DNA of 56,591 bases, counting the filler, from Sphacelaria rigidula (lineage: Eukaryota): assembly GCA_964200075.2 (NCBI GenBank). It is 7 parts of 7 records of this genome, joined end to end, with 100 filler letters (N's around TTAATTAATTAA, not from the genome) between each part and the next. Parts side by side here need not be neighbours in the genome. Positions count along the whole stretch, not along the records: positions 16,201 to 24,199 come from CAXNAA020012697.1; positions 24,300 to 32,297 come from CAXNAA020012698.1; positions 32,398 to 40,395 come from CAXNAA020012699.1; 4 more parts are not named here. One strand, written 5' to 3'. The translations under genes were made by a program, and so were the position numbers. This document shows, piece after piece, positions 23,412 to 36,700 of this stretch (positions within the stretch are counted from its first letter, which is position 1; every line of letters starts with the position of its first letter). Below the pieces are notes generated by a model that was not told the origin of the DNA, did not search any database, and saw only the letters and a program-made list of their open reading frames with translations.

Positions 23412-24487
23412 ATTAGGCGGAAACAATCACCTTAAGTAACCAGCACTTCTTTTCCCCGTGTGTACACAGGAATACCAACGTGTTCTGTTTCTTGCAGGGG
23501 CAGGGCCGGACCTGAGCGTTTTGCAATGTTCATCTACCAGAGTCTGGAGTAAGCCGCGGGCTCTTGTAAACGCCCGACAATTAATTCACTTCTATGAGAG
23601 CATATCATGGTATTTGTTCGTTTCGTTGGCGCGTATTCATTTGACGTAGGGGAAAACCTGTAACAAAAGGGCAGGCATGACAAAGGTCGTTACGGGCTCC
23701 GAACACTGCCTCACACGATGCACGGCGTCGGATTTGCTTTTACCCAAACGCTATGAGAAAAAATTCCATGTCGAACGGTTTTCGATCAGACAGCAGGAAT
23801 CAATCATGGCATTTAAACAGGACAATAACAGAGGTTTGCGGTAAGATACCTTACAACATTGGGGAATTTGATCTTGCGATTCCCCGACACGGCAAAGTAC
23901 GGTACGATACTGGACTTGGCTACCTGCGAGGAACCGCGGGAGAATATTGCAATGTATAGCAGCATCACCATTATGATAAACTTTCCGACGACGGCGCCGG
24001 AGTCATCTAACCCTCTGCTATTATGCCATCCCCGCCCGTGGTGCTAGGGCGCAAGTCCGGACGTCACCATTTGTCAAGAAGCCGATTACCCAGGGAATTC
24101 CGTAGATGCGAAAATACCACCGAGGTCGCGAAACTATAAACCTATCATTTGGTGCCCTTCTTTATTGGTGGTGATGGTGCCGGTGGGCGGGCGGGGGGGN
24201 NNNNNNNNNNNNNNNNNNNNNNNNNNNNNNNNNNNNNNNNNNNTTAATTAATTAANNNNNNNNNNNNNNNNNNNNNNNNNNNNNNNNNNNNNNNNNNNNT
24301 CTAACGGTTTTCCCTCGATTTTCGCGACGAAAAATCGAGGGAAAACCGTTCCGAGATCGTGACTCCCCCGATTTTTTCCCGGCCCCGACTTGGTCCAAAT
24401 CCGTGTCCATAAAATGCGTTCCCTGATTTCTTGTCTCCCCGATTTTGAAAAAATCAAGATTCGTGCTTGCCATGAAAGTGGGTCTTT

Positions 24488-25318
24488 AGACCACTTTGTA
24501 TGGCAGCCAATCCCGAATCTGGCGGGACTCGAATTTGTGCCAAATCGGGGGGACCCAGATTCGTGAAACTCAGATTCGTGTGTACCCCTGTATGGCCTCA
24601 CAGATTTTTGTTGAAACTGTTCTGTACACGAACGTACATTTTCTGGGCGGGTGTGGTATCACAGTAGTGAAGCCGAAGAACAAGCAGGGAGGGAACCATC
24701 CTTCAAGAGCAGCGTCGTACCATGGTACACTAGGGTATAGTGTTGTGAAGTACACCGCAAAATCACGATAATACCGTGTGGTAATACATGGTGGTATTGC
24801 GAGAGCAGTAGTGCACAGTGTGCGACAAGAGGTTACGAGTGTAGTGTCATTCATCACCCTGCAAGTGCCGCGACAGTAGAGTGTATGTAGGATAGTACAC
24901 TACCGTTCGTTGTGATGATACATACAGCAGTACAGTGCAGCATAAATTTTTGCCATCACCGCAGGTACGGCGTCAAACCCCGTGCGGAGCTGCTCCAGCA
25001 GCCGGCGCTCGAAGGCTCTATAGCTGTCTGTGCAGTCACGAGAAGACTGTCTGCTGCTGTTGTTGCAAAAATACCAAACCCCTGTTGCCCCATTATTGTA
25101 CGTCAACATACGTACGTCAGTTGCTACAGATTCAAGGGATCTCGATTTTCCACGGATCTGTGCTCAGATTCGTGTGAAGCCGTTCTCAAATCATGACAAA
25201 CGAATCTGAGCTTCCCCGATCTGGGCCGAATTGGGGTCCATACAATGCGTTTCCGAATCTGAGGTCCCCCGATCTGCATACAGATCCGTTTTTTCGACTG
25301 CCATACAAAGTGGTCTTC
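24488..25318. mobile_element. TIR element with CGAATCTG subterminal repeats
   Basis: AGACCACTTTGTATGGCAG...CTGCCATACAAAGTGGTCT; a related element end abuts at 24300-24485. Confidence 0.65.
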
Positions 25319-25800
25319 GCCTTGGAGTTATTCGAAGACACCAATTCCCGAGAAAGTTCGACGCCTACGAATAAGTGGTTAACAAACCTTGATTTTGCTC
25401 GTTGATTCACGATTTTCGTCGAGGTGGTGGTTCTTCAATGTGAAGAATAACGTATCACCAACTCGCATGCCTCCTTCTTTCGCCGTCTCTCTAGAGCTGC
25501 TGTGCAGTTCGTTCATCGTCTCTTCGCTCTGCCTCGCAGGAGTGTGTTCATGAATTTTCGCAACGCGTCAGATTCTGGGCAGGAGCAAAGTCCCGCGGTG
25601 GGGTGATCCTATAGTTCACTCCACTTCGTATCCCCAAACCCATAATATCTCAACCCTTAGACCGCGAGGAGGGTAGTCCATCTGGACTATGCAGTCTGTT
25701 TAGAGGTGAAATTGATGCCGATTCAGCAGATGACCTACTCTCGCTGTCCAAGGGTTGAACATACTTACTTTCAGTATCATATCAAGATTCAGATCTTAGC

Positions 25801-26218
25801 AGAGGTATCTCGAACTCGGTTGCTGGTTTCCTGGTTTATTCGCTGGCTCTGAGGACGTGTCTTATCAAATTGTTTTTGACTCGAAAGCGTACGGTGGAAT
25901 CAAATTTGCTCGTAGCTGATACGTCCACGGCATTCATGTTCTCAACCATCTCAGAAAATTAGTAGCGTGGACGAANNNNNNNNNNCTCAGAAACGAGCGA
26001 ATTCGATTCGACCGCACGTTTTCGACACCAAAACAATTTGACAAGACAGAGCCTGAGTTGTGTGCTATTTTTTCAAGTGAAAGTGGTCGCGATTTATGAG
26101 AGGAGGACCTGACCTGGCGGTCAAAGGGTCTCATCACCTGATGAATCACCATTACTTTCACTTGAAAAAATAAAACAAAACAAACGAAGAAACAGGGAAC
26201 CGAGTTTGAGGTACCTCT
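25801..26218. mobile_element. MITE (AGAGGTA...TACCTCT)
   Basis: TIR AGAGGTATCTCGAACTCGGTT...AACCGAGTTTGAGGTACCTCT; partial copy at 28255-28357. Confidence 0.65.
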
Positions 26219-26330
26219 ATTACGCCCGATCTCCTCACTCCTTGTCTCCGTCTCCAAAGGGCGGAGGTGAAAACCCACCGAGCAGGTGATCGGAGTTTTT
26301 TTCCCGTTCATCTCCTCTCTTGCGCTGAAG

Positions 26331-27152
26331 ATATCTCCGGGCATGGTATACATCACCCATGATTATTGCGCCACAAACTTCTTCCGCCTCGATCTTGATC
26401 ACCTACAAAACACCGCGCAAGTCGAAGGCAAAGGGAGCGAGGTGCGATAATTCCGACTGTGGGCGTTGTGTACACCGGCGAGCGAAATTGCTCTTGCACG
26501 TCTTCACTTCTGAATTCGACAATCCTTGTAGGCGAGAAAGTTGTTATCAGTAAGGAAACTCGCTAAAATATATAGTGCCTGGGATCCAACGACTGCGGAA
26601 CGAATACAAGTTGAACTGTCAGCGCTTCCAAATGACTGGCTTGGATTGGGTCGGCATGACGGAACAAAATATGCTGCTCGAGCAAAAGCAGCCCCGGCGG
26701 CACCCCTTAGTCATACTGAAAAGAGGCGGTACCGGCCCTGACTTGTCTGACCCTAGTCGCAACAACAGGCATCCAGCAGGGAGCGGCCGGGATGACGCGG
26801 GAGGCGGTCAAACGGTTACTATCATTCGTGCTGGAACAACGAACCAACCACGACACGTTACGGACAGCAGTCACGACTACGTCGATAGTTATTCACCAGA
26901 CCTGGTGACTCCTGGTTCGGAGTGCTCCGTGGGGATGGTGCACCACGCTAGATTGCCGGTAGACCGGAGTTCATCGCTGCCTTATCCAACTTCTTCCAGG
27001 TATGCTGTGAGATCGACAAGGAAACTGCGTGCTCCCGAAGAAGACAAACTCTCAATGTACTGGGACAAAAATTACTTCCGCCGTCTCCTGACCTTGTACC
27101 CCGATGCGGATACTCGTAGTCCATCTGGATCACACAGTTCGCCTTCTTTGCC
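26331..27152 (+). CDS. Candidate exons of a hypothetical protein (26331-26441, 26532-26728, 27000-about 27152)
   Basis: Phase-compatible AG/GT exons: ISPGMVYITHDY.../ARKLLSVRKLAKIYSAWDP.../RYAVRSTRKLRAPEEDKLSMYWDKNYF... No family recognised. Confidence 0.35.
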
Positions 27153-30100
27153 GTACTCGTGTATGTTGTGCCCGTTTACCATGATGAAGAAAAAAAAAAG
27201 TCCTCTGAAATTGTTGCAAAATAAAATTTCAAACGCTCCTATAAAAGTTGGCCTCAGAAACGTGCTTCTTGTTCCTTCGTTCCTCTTCGTGCTTGCTTTT
27301 ATTGTGTCGATAGTCGGTAACAGTGTTGAAAATCGAACGGAATAAAAAATTAGATACATTTATTCGACGAAAAAACGACGACACTCGTATCGATATCTTA
27401 TGAATACTCGGAGAAGGGCTAAACAATCGGTTTTATGGTTTTCTGGACCTTTTTTGCTGTTCGTTCGCCGCCTCCAAAAAAACAAGAACGCGGCCGCTTT
27501 TTTTTCACGCGACGGCCCCTTTCAGAGGGGCAGCGGGGCTGTGGTGAAACAATTATTTAGAATATTCAGCCTTTACGCGAAGACGTTTTTGAGCTGTTCG
27601 CCACGAAGGATACCACGAATCTGCAGCGCAATGCATGACCCTTGCTGTGGTACACACCTGTCACACCGCCCGGACCTGAGACATGAGTTGCATAAGCTTC
27701 TGATCTCACCGCTCCAACATAGTAAATGAATAGCTCGAGCCGCACAGCTATTGATCGACTGAGTACAACGTTCCCAGTTCGGAGAAAATCGGTTCGAAAT
27801 TGAGTGAGACACGACGATCCATGTCAGCCAGCCGCCGTAAAACACACCCACAAGCGGCCAAAGGCTCCATCTTGAGTAAGTTTTGTTGCGCAAACATAGC
27901 CGGCCCTGTTCCAACACCAAATCGATTGCCGTCAAACAGAGAACATAGTGCATGAATGATCAAGAGCTAACAGCAGGCGTACTGTACTTGTGCCGTGGTT
28001 GTCTGCGTTTGTTTGCTCCGGCTGTGTTGTGACGGCGTGAAGTGGTTCAGTCAAGCGTTTCTGTAACGCCCGTTGATTTCCAGACCTGTCTCCGCTGCGT
28101 GCAGTGCGGGAAGAATCCCCGCTGTTCCCAGAAATGCAGTCTGTCCAAGTTTGTTAGGATCCTTGGTTTTGATGGGCCGGCAAACTCAATGGCCGTGTTA
28201 CTCCTTTTGCCTCTTTTTTGCCTCAACAGTCGATAAAAGACAAGGGTGACAACAGTGATCCTCTCATGAATCGCGATCACTTTCACTTTAAAGAACAGTA
28301 TACAACTCAGAGCCAGCGAATAAACCAGGATACCGGGAGCGGAGTTTGAGATACCTCTAGTATACTTTCTGCAGTAGCTTGCCGCTGAGACTCTTGATAT
28401 CCCTGAGTAGGATGTCGATGTCTAGCTGTGAGAACATTCCAATGACAGGCAAAGAAAGGCACACACGGAATAAAAAATGGGCTAAGTTGAAGCTAATAAT
28501 CAAAGCTACTCTCAATGAGCGTTCTGCACTCCATCTCACGACGACGTAGTTTACTAGTATGTGTCATCCAGATGGACTACCCGCACCGCGATCTGAGGGT
28601 TGAAGTGCGACATCATTAGTACAATCAATCAACCAATCAAACAAGTTAGACCGCACGATTACCGTCTCCCGAAGAAAAGGCGTGTCCGCTCGTTTTCACA
28701 CAACTTGGATACCACTGTTGTTTCGGCGATTTTAGGACCACCCAGCATGAGGTCAGATCAGCACGCAAGATTCATAGTAAATCGAGATCATGTACGTAAA
28801 TGATGCCGATTCAGAATGGGCCGGGCTGTATTTCTCATGTATGTGAACAAAAAACGCCGATCAGGGCTCTTTTTGCAAGTGAACGGTCTATCCGGAGAGA
28901 TATAGATTTTAAAGAATATATAATAACAAGGATATTTTTGTTTCGCGTATATCATCTAACGCATCATGTGCTGGTGCGCCAACATGCACTCGTGACGTTT
29001 TGATTTGAATTCGGAGGCGTCATGACAGTACAGTATATGAATGCATTGTGAGAGGGCGAATCGTCCCAGAAAATGGTGATGTCATATCGTATGCGACGCG
29101 AAATGGTTACAACCGGAGTGTCGGCGGCGCACTGCCCCCCTCCTGAAAATACAAAATATGAACACAAACACGAGTTTCGAAGAACCGCAATCTTTCCACT
29201 CCTTCCTCTCGTGCAGTAGAAGCGGGACCAACGCGCGGGGATATCACTCTACGGATCGCGTCGATGGCAGCTTGGAGAAAGGTGGACTGCCGGTGACCAG
29301 GACCTTTGATCACGGAATGCAAAACTCAACTGCTTCCTCAGAGAGGACCCGCGTTTCGCCGTTGCCCCAGGTTCGCGTAACTTGATAACGCATAGCCAAA
29401 ATGTGGTGCAGACAACTGTCTGTACAGCCCTGTCTGAATCTTTCCTCGCGTTGAAGTAAGTTCTGATCCATATTTCCCGCGGGCACATCATGCTTACCTT
29501 GGAGAGGCACTTGGATGGAACATCCGGTGTAGAGGACCTTGGCCCCTTGTCCGCCAGGAGGGGCACCATAGTATTCTCACTTGAAACACAACTGTAGGGC
29601 CCTGATTTGTCCCACACTGGCCATCAAAAGACCGCTGATGATACTTTCATGTGAAGGCCAACTGCTTCGATCGACAGTGACTCGCCTGGATCTTGCAGTC
29701 AGTTGACAGCTGAAAAAAATGTTGATTTGACAGAGGAGTAGTTTGGCTGGTAACGGTTTGCATAACAACGCCCTGCAGCAATAGGAGTTGGAGCATGTAC
29801 TACTTTGAGGATGTTTTCATCGAAGTTGGTACTTAAAAAGAGGAAGGCCCCGCCCAGATCCAGCGTCGAGTCGACTATGTTGAAAGTATCGCTGATATTG
29901 TCGCGAAAGATAACCAACCTCCCGCCCGCGTAAACGCTGATATCAGAACTACATTCCGAGCACTCAAGGGTGATGTTGCGGTAAGTGATCCCAACTGTTG
30001 TGTGCCTGGCTCAGGAACCTTTGTTTTTCGATCTCTCCGCCCTGCCTGACTCGTTCGGCCGTCGACTTTACAAGCAGGCTGTATGACCACGTCATTGCCA

Positions 30101-30964
30101 GATAACCTCTGCCACAATATGCAAATCTCGGCCGATCAATTCCATCCACCTGGGATAAAGGTTATGGATATCTTGCCAAAGAAACCGCGACGCGAGCATC
30201 AAATATGCAGCACCTAGATATACATCAGAGGTTCGCGGCAAACTGGAGATGTACCGGGATAGAATTTACTCAACTAAACTAGCAGGCGAGACAATATAGC
30301 CAGACGTCTCACACATAGATGACAGTAACTCTGGGTGAATTCAAAGAAGCGCGAATATGGCCGCCGAGCGTTCGAAGCAGGCACCTGCCCAAAACTGACA
30401 ACCTGTCCAAAATCAGGTGGAGGACTGAAACAAGGAGGCTCGTCAACCCTGCGGGTAGTCCAACCGGATCAGGCATACTTTTCAAGTGAAATTCATTCCG
30501 GTTCAGCAGGTGACCGACCATCGCGGTCAAAAGGTTTCGGTCCAAGGGTTAAGCCCCGTTGAGCTAAAATACGTTCATGGTTGACACATTTTAGGACCAT
30601 CGCTACCCCTACCGCTAACCCCAACCCAACGGATACCGAGAACCCTCGGGCAAGGAAGATACATAGCGTTCCCCACGCAAAGTGCGGGCTTGGTAGATTC
30701 CACCCGAGGAGCACACGGGACTGTCAGCCCTACTAAGAATCGGATTCCCGTTGCTCATTCTCAAATCAAGTAATTTCAACCACGAACATATTTTTGCGCA
30801 TGAACACTGTTGCGAGGGAAGGTCGAGTAGAGTATACTTCAATACTCAGTATTTTCGAAGAGTCGTACGTACTGTTAGTACCCAAATATTGAGTAGAGTA
30901 CTTGAGGTCGTATCAGCCCAACAGTGGAGAGCGGCTATGCCGTGGGCACATAAATTTGACGTAA

Positions 30965-31124
30965 TCCTCAGACCGCTAGATTAGTCTTTCTGGATCATGC
31001 ATTATTTTTTCACTTGAAATTGACGCCGATTCTACAGAAGACTAACCTCGTGCTCTAAGGGTTAACCCTTAGACCGCAAGGTTTTTCTATCTAGGTCACG
31101 CATACTTTTTTCAAGTGAAATTGA
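30965..31124. mobile_element. Two tandem piggyBac-like MITEs sharing one TTAA
   Basis: ...CTAAGGG TTAA CCCTTAGACCGC... at 31055-31077; the second copy is cut by a SINE-B fragment. Confidence 0.7.
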
Positions 31125-31318
31125 CTGCTGAACCCCTCTCGCGATAAAAAAATAAAGGCAAGCACCGCAAGAGGAAGGTGGGGTACCAAAAACAAGGAAA
31201 AAAAAAAAGGCGCCTGCCTCATGTGTGACCCCGGCTGGTGTGCCCACAAATACCGAAAGGTGTAGACTGGCGTCCAGAATAGATGGGACGACAACACACA
31301 CACACACACAGCACACAC
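31125..31318 (+). mobile_element. 5'-truncated SINE family B copy with (CA)n tail
   Basis: Matches the reverse complement of 47287-47500. Confidence 0.75.
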
Positions 31319-31319
31319 C

Positions 31320-31790
31320 CGATCTACTCAAAATTCGAGTAGAGTATTTGGAGCCATACTCAACCTTCTCAGAATTTGAGTACGTGGAGTATTTGAGGCC
31401 GTACTCGACCTACTCAAACTTTGAGTAGAGTATTGAGGTCATACACGAGTGATCGTCTTTACTCAAGTACTATTGACAGTGCTTACTCAATATTATTTGA
31501 GTGGAGTATTGGAGATCGTCCTCGATCTACTCAAAAATTGAGTAGAGTGTTTGAGGCTGTACTCGACCTACTCAAAATTTAAGTGGGGTATTTGAGTATT
31601 TGACGCCGTCCTCGACACCGTGTACACATTTCTGTTGGTTCTGTACACGGAGACCGGCTCTACAACGCGGACCGCCGGAGCCCCTTTGGGGCTATACTCA
31701 GGTATTACTGGGAGTGCTTACGCAACGTTTGGGAAGAGTATTTGACGCCGTACTCGATCTACTCAAAAATTGAGTAGCGTTTTTTATTTG
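31320..31790. repeat. ~40-bp palindromic degenerate satellite
   Basis: Units CTACTCAAAATTTGAGTAGAGTATTTGAGGCCGTACTCGAC; further units at 30826-30915. Confidence 0.75.
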
Positions 31791-31798
31791 AGACCGTA

Positions 31799-32220
31799 CA
31801 ATGAATAGGGCATGAAAAAAATATTACCTCGGTACCAAACTTTTTTTTTTTTCCATGAGTTGAGGCACTTTACTGATACCTGAAAACTGATTATTGCCCT
31901 TAATTCATGAAAAAAAAACTTATAGTACCGAGGTAATTTTTTTTTCATGCCCTATTCATTGTCCATACCAAATTTCAGGGTCAAACTCGAAATGTACAAA
32001 AGAGCATGGGCCTATCAAAAATCGGGTCGGTAATAATTCGGAACAGTATTTCGCAAGCCACTCACCGGCCCACGTTTTGGTTTTCGTGTATTGAAATTTT
32101 GTGTGGGCGCTCTCTCAGGCATAATTAACAAAAAAAGGTGCGTCAGGTTGATTTTTTCAATTTTTTCACTGGTTCAGGGCGTTTTACAATGGTAAAGACC
32201 ATCTCTTCACGAGAACGCCC
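31799..32220. mobile_element. Internal fragment of the Tc1/mariner-like element family at 44838-46028
   Basis: Colinear similarity to 44928-45345, including the internal hairpin; TIR copies of the same family at 32231-32297 and 32398-32467. Confidence 0.75.
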
Positions 32221-33028
32221 TAATCTCTACGAGCTGGGCCAGCCCAGAAACGGATTTAACCTGGCAGAGCAATATCTCATCACCGGAAACGAATTGGNNN
32301 NNNNNNNNNNNNNNNNNNNNNNNNNNNNNNNNNNNNNNNNNTTAATTAATTAANNNNNNNNNNNNNNNNNNNNNNNNNNNNNNNNNNNNNNNNNNNNGCC
32401 CAATCCGTTTCCGGTGATGAGATATTGCTCTGCCAGGTTAAATCCGTTTCTGGGCCGGCCCAGCTCGTATGTCAGTTTCAAGTTTGCACTTCCGAGTGAA
32501 GGAGATTAAGCATTCCCGAATGTAAACATGAGCTTTCTCATCGTCCTCTGAAAGGACAGCGTGCATCCTGCAGCTTTGCGATTTTCTGAAAAACTCCACC
32601 ACGACAACCCCCGCCCTGCAACCCAAATTTTGAACGGGGCGCGCGAAGTTGCCGTGCAGTGCCGTGGTGGTTAGCTAACCGAAGCGATAGCCACGCGACA
32701 AGCAACAAAACACCAGACGCGGTTGGTGTTTCGCAAGAGCTCCAACCCATATAAACATGACACAGAGCATCACCCATGAAATAAATCTGGCATTGAATAT
32801 TTGGGTGCGTGTCAGTCTTGGCGAGACTCTCATGTGTCTGCAGACTCAGGACAGCATGCAAGCAAACACAGCCCTTACCGGAAGACACCGAAACCGGCTG
32901 TAACAGGCACCACAAACACACCCACTGTTTAAAGTACTACATGGGTCAAATGGTCGTAGACGGGTCGGTGAATGTCTGAATGAATTTTGCTGCTTTCAAG
33001 AATCTAGAGAAGAAATACAACGACTCAC

Positions 33029-33127
33029 ATTTTGCAGAAACCTGAAGATGAGCGAGATTGGTTGGGTCATAACCTTCTTCACCCTTCCCCCTGGCGCCCC
33101 CCCGCGTCCCGCACCAAACCCCGACAT
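33029..33127 (-). CDS. SNRPE: Small nuclear ribonucleoprotein E (SmE), first coding exon
   Basis: MSGFGAGRGGAPGGRVKKVMTQPISLIFRFLQN then a GTGAGT donor; matches the SmE N-terminal motif KVM.QPI.LIFR.LQN. Later exons not found in this contig. Probable leader exon ends at 33529 (GAG/GTAAGC). Confidence 0.9.
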
Positions 33128-33585
33128 GGCAGCTGGTGTGCTCCGCCTCTACCTGGCGCTTGAATAACACCGGGAGAATAGTGGGTGCAGAATGAATACA
33201 GAAATTGATAACGACAGCTCGAAATCAATTTAGCTATGATTCCACGCTAGCTGTAGCAATTACAGTCTTGTCGGCTAGAGCGTCACAACGCTGGGTTGCA
33301 CTTGAGGGGTTATTACGAGGGGTAGGAACAAGCAGGACGTGAATATCTCACACGCGCTTTAAGTGGAGTTTCGTCATTTTCCATTGAAAGTGTTTCACCC
33401 ACGCCTTACACTTCTCTCACCCGACGTACTTAGCAGCCGTCCTCCATTTCTGACATTTCACAGTTGTTACCCTCTTGACGAAGTGTAGGATAATCTTCAT
33501 GCTTATAGTTATTCACAATAAAGCTTACCTCTCCTGTGAAAACCCGTTGTGCATCGTCGATGCGTTCGATGACCCCCGATGGCAT

Positions 33586-33750
33586 GTTGTGTGTAGGATA
33601 TGACGCATACCAAACTTAGTAAGGGATACGTTCAACAACCGTTCACTCCAGTTTGTTGCAAACTCACACTGCACAGTACCGACAGGCAGGAGGCACAACC
33701 GCCACAACGGATGCTGGGCCTGATCACACCAACTGGCGAGCTCACGCGAG
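33586..33750. promoter_or_regulatory. Putative bidirectional promoter between SmE and the ankyrin gene
   Basis: Divergent orientation; 165 bp between the upstream ATG of the SmE leader exon and the ankyrin ATG. No TSS evidence. Confidence 0.4.
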
Positions 33751-36700
33751 ATGACAAAGCGACTGTCAATCCACGATGTTGCGTGGAAGGGCAACGCAAC
33801 TAAAGTTAGCAAATTTCTCAAGGCAGGAATCGACCCAAACATCCGTGACGAACTTGGAAGATGTCCCATACACTACTGCGCTGATAATGGACATGTCGAG
33901 GCTGTGAAAGTGCTTCTTCGCGCGGGGGCAGATATCAACGCGCGATGCCTCGATAATAAAAATACGGCGTTGTATATCGCAACAGGGTATGGGCACGCAG
34001 CACTCGCAAGATTTCTCCTTGCTGCAGGGGCAAACGCCAACGTGACATGTGGTCATCAACAACTGACTCCTATGCATATGGGGTGCATCAACAAACACTA
34101 CGATCTTGTCAGAGAGTTGGTCGAAGCAGGTGGGGACCTCACGGTGAAGACAGTGTACGGGTCGACAGTGCTGCACGCAGCGGTGCTAAATGGCGTCGTC
34201 GAAGCAGCCAAGTTTTTGGTGTCACTCCCCGGAATCAATCTTAATGTGCGGGACAAGCAGGTGACACGTGAGCGGTATAAACGAACGCGAAGTGGGATCA
34301 AGAGTTTTAGTTCATGTATGGTACACTCGTATCCATCGGAGTTGAGCCAGCACCCGCAGATCGCCACTGGAGGTCCCGCCTGTCATGCCTCAACCTAAAC
34401 CCACGGTATCTGGGTTCCATATGGTGGATTCAATTCTGGAGAGAAATGGCCATGCATTCATTTCATGGTCCCCCTCGTACTCGTTGTCGCAACTCGTTTT
34501 CTTGTTTCCGGGGGATGACTGTCCCCTTGGTAATGCAACGACCGCTCAACATTTCGTTCGACCGGTGGGCGGGTAGGACAGGGTGGACACGGACATGGCC
34601 TGCCGGCTGTCTCGCGTTGCAGACAGTGACTCCTGTCGGCAATCCACTAGCCTCGTGGTGATATACTCAATATCCATAAATGTTGGTGAGGGGATCTATC
34701 TCTGTCGGGGTGACATGGACTCTGTGTTTGTTTTATTTCACCAATATCTATCCGCAGGGATTTACTCCGCTAATGCGCAGCGCAGAACATGATATGACGG
34801 GAACCACGGCCGAGATACTGCTCGACGCGGGCGCCGACATGACGCTGGTCGAACCGAACGGCCTCACCGCATTCATGGGCGCTTGTAAGCTGGGCAACGA
34901 ATCCGTCGTGAGGCTTCTCATGGCCAGGGGGGCAAGTGTGCGAGACCTCACCGAAGACGGGTGGACGTCGCTCATGTTAGCCGCGGATTCAGGCCATCTA
35001 AAGTTGGTGCAGTTTTTGGTAGACGAAGGATGCGACATTCAAGCCAAGAACGCCAATGGGCGCACAGCTCTCATTTTTGCCGCTAGGGAAGGCCACGTCG
35101 AGGTTGTCCGTTATTTGCTCAACAAAGGAGCGAATAAAGATGCAGGGCCGGTCATGGAAACCCCGATATCTGTCGTTTTTCATAAAAAAGGGCGCTCAGG
35201 TGTTGTGCGGGAGCTGATGAGATCAGGCGCGAGCATGGTCGTCGATCCCGGGCAGGGCATAACGGCCCTGCACGTAGCCGCGTGTATGAATTTATTGGAT
35301 ATCGCGCGGGTGCTGCTTGAGGAGGGCTGCGAAGAGACCACTCTGACTGGGGTCACAAAGGTTCCGCCAGCAGCTTTCATTGGGAAACCCGTAGGTATCG
35401 CCGAAAGCGATAGGGACCACGCCAGGGAGGGATGCATGAGGAGACTACTCGCCCGCGGACCAGCGTTTCGCGCCGTTTCTTGGCTGTGGCCTCCCGCGAT
35501 GGATGGCTTGGTTAGAGGGGGGAATCATGACCATAGGTCTCGCGATGCGTGTTGTGTTACTTTGAGGGAACCAGGTAGTGGCGGAAGGGCGGAAGACCTG
35601 CCGCGGCCGTCGCCTCTTCGAGTAACGTGGTTACGGCATCGTCGGGAACGACGACAAGGAATGCCAAGGCCAGTCGACCTAACCGGCATATTCTGCAGGC
35701 AAGTAAGGATCGGTCAGTGATGTTGTAGAGTTCATTACCCTTAAGACACCAAGCTACGCTCGACAATTTTTTGCGGACAAATGTAGATGTTACTGTGACG
35801 TGGTAAACTTGCTTTCACCCGAGTTTCGTTCGAGTGAGCTTCTGGAGGCGGGTGTGAACGTTTCGATGCTTCGGTAAGCTACACCCCTCGTTGGGTTTCA
35901 GGCCCCATGTTTACGATGTGAACTGGGGTCGGAAGCAGATTACTAAAATCCTCTGCCAACTTGCAAACCCGGGGATGCAGTGCTGCTCGAATACCATGCG
36001 TTCACAGCAGGTGAGACGTTGAGTTGAATACTCATCAGCGAGAGCATCATGGAGCTTGCTGCCAGATCAAGTCAGGGAACTGCTTTGTGTAGCTGCATTG
36101 TTGGCAGGTTGGGTTAGGCAGCAGAGCACCACTGAACCCACCGCTGACTGCCTGTGGCAACTGTCATTGTCTGCTCAACCTCGTACATGCGGAGAAGTAG
36201 TCTTCCACCGATCCACAGCATACATGTGTAATTTTGTGGGACGCAAGGCGTGTTTGTCTGACAACACGCAAGCCGTTGCTGTAACACCTATTCGAATGGT
36301 TCAGTATCTCGTGACTTGCGAGATGTGTACCAAACTGTAGTAGAGTTTTGCGGCTTGGCGGCAGGCAGGGCATTGCTCAAGACATTGCGTGGGCCAGTCT
36401 ATTTTTCTGCGAGTACGATCCACACGCATAGCGTACAGTACCGTGTTTGCGCACATGTTCTGCTATGTTCGCAACGCACCTGGAAGTCTAGCTGAGGTGG
36501 ATATACAAAAAAATGTATATTACATATTACCACCACGGCTGGACCCCTGGGTGGTCAGTTAGAGTGCGACAATCAATCAATCATACAATCAAATCAGTCA
36601 TACAACCGGATATATCCACGTTGGCCGCCCTCATGTGGTATCTTTCCACAGTTCACGGTGTGCTCAACCAAAATGCAAAGGATAGTGACACGAAAAGGAA

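Noticed and set aside
23850..23923. Possible further oxidase exon VAKSSIVPYFAVSGNRKIKFPNVV
   Set aside because: Splice sites are plausible but no family motif supports it.
26575..27345. 256-aa ORF as a single-exon gene
   Set aside because: TG-type start and low-complexity end; better explained as exon fragments plus intron read-through.
31320..31790. CRISPR-like palindromic array
   Set aside because: Repeats are degenerate and contiguous with no unique spacers and no cas genes; eukaryotic context.
32229..32469. Apparent inverted repeat spanning the fourth linker
   Set aside because: Two separate contigs both end inside the same TIR family; typical assembly breakpoints, not evidence of one hairpin.
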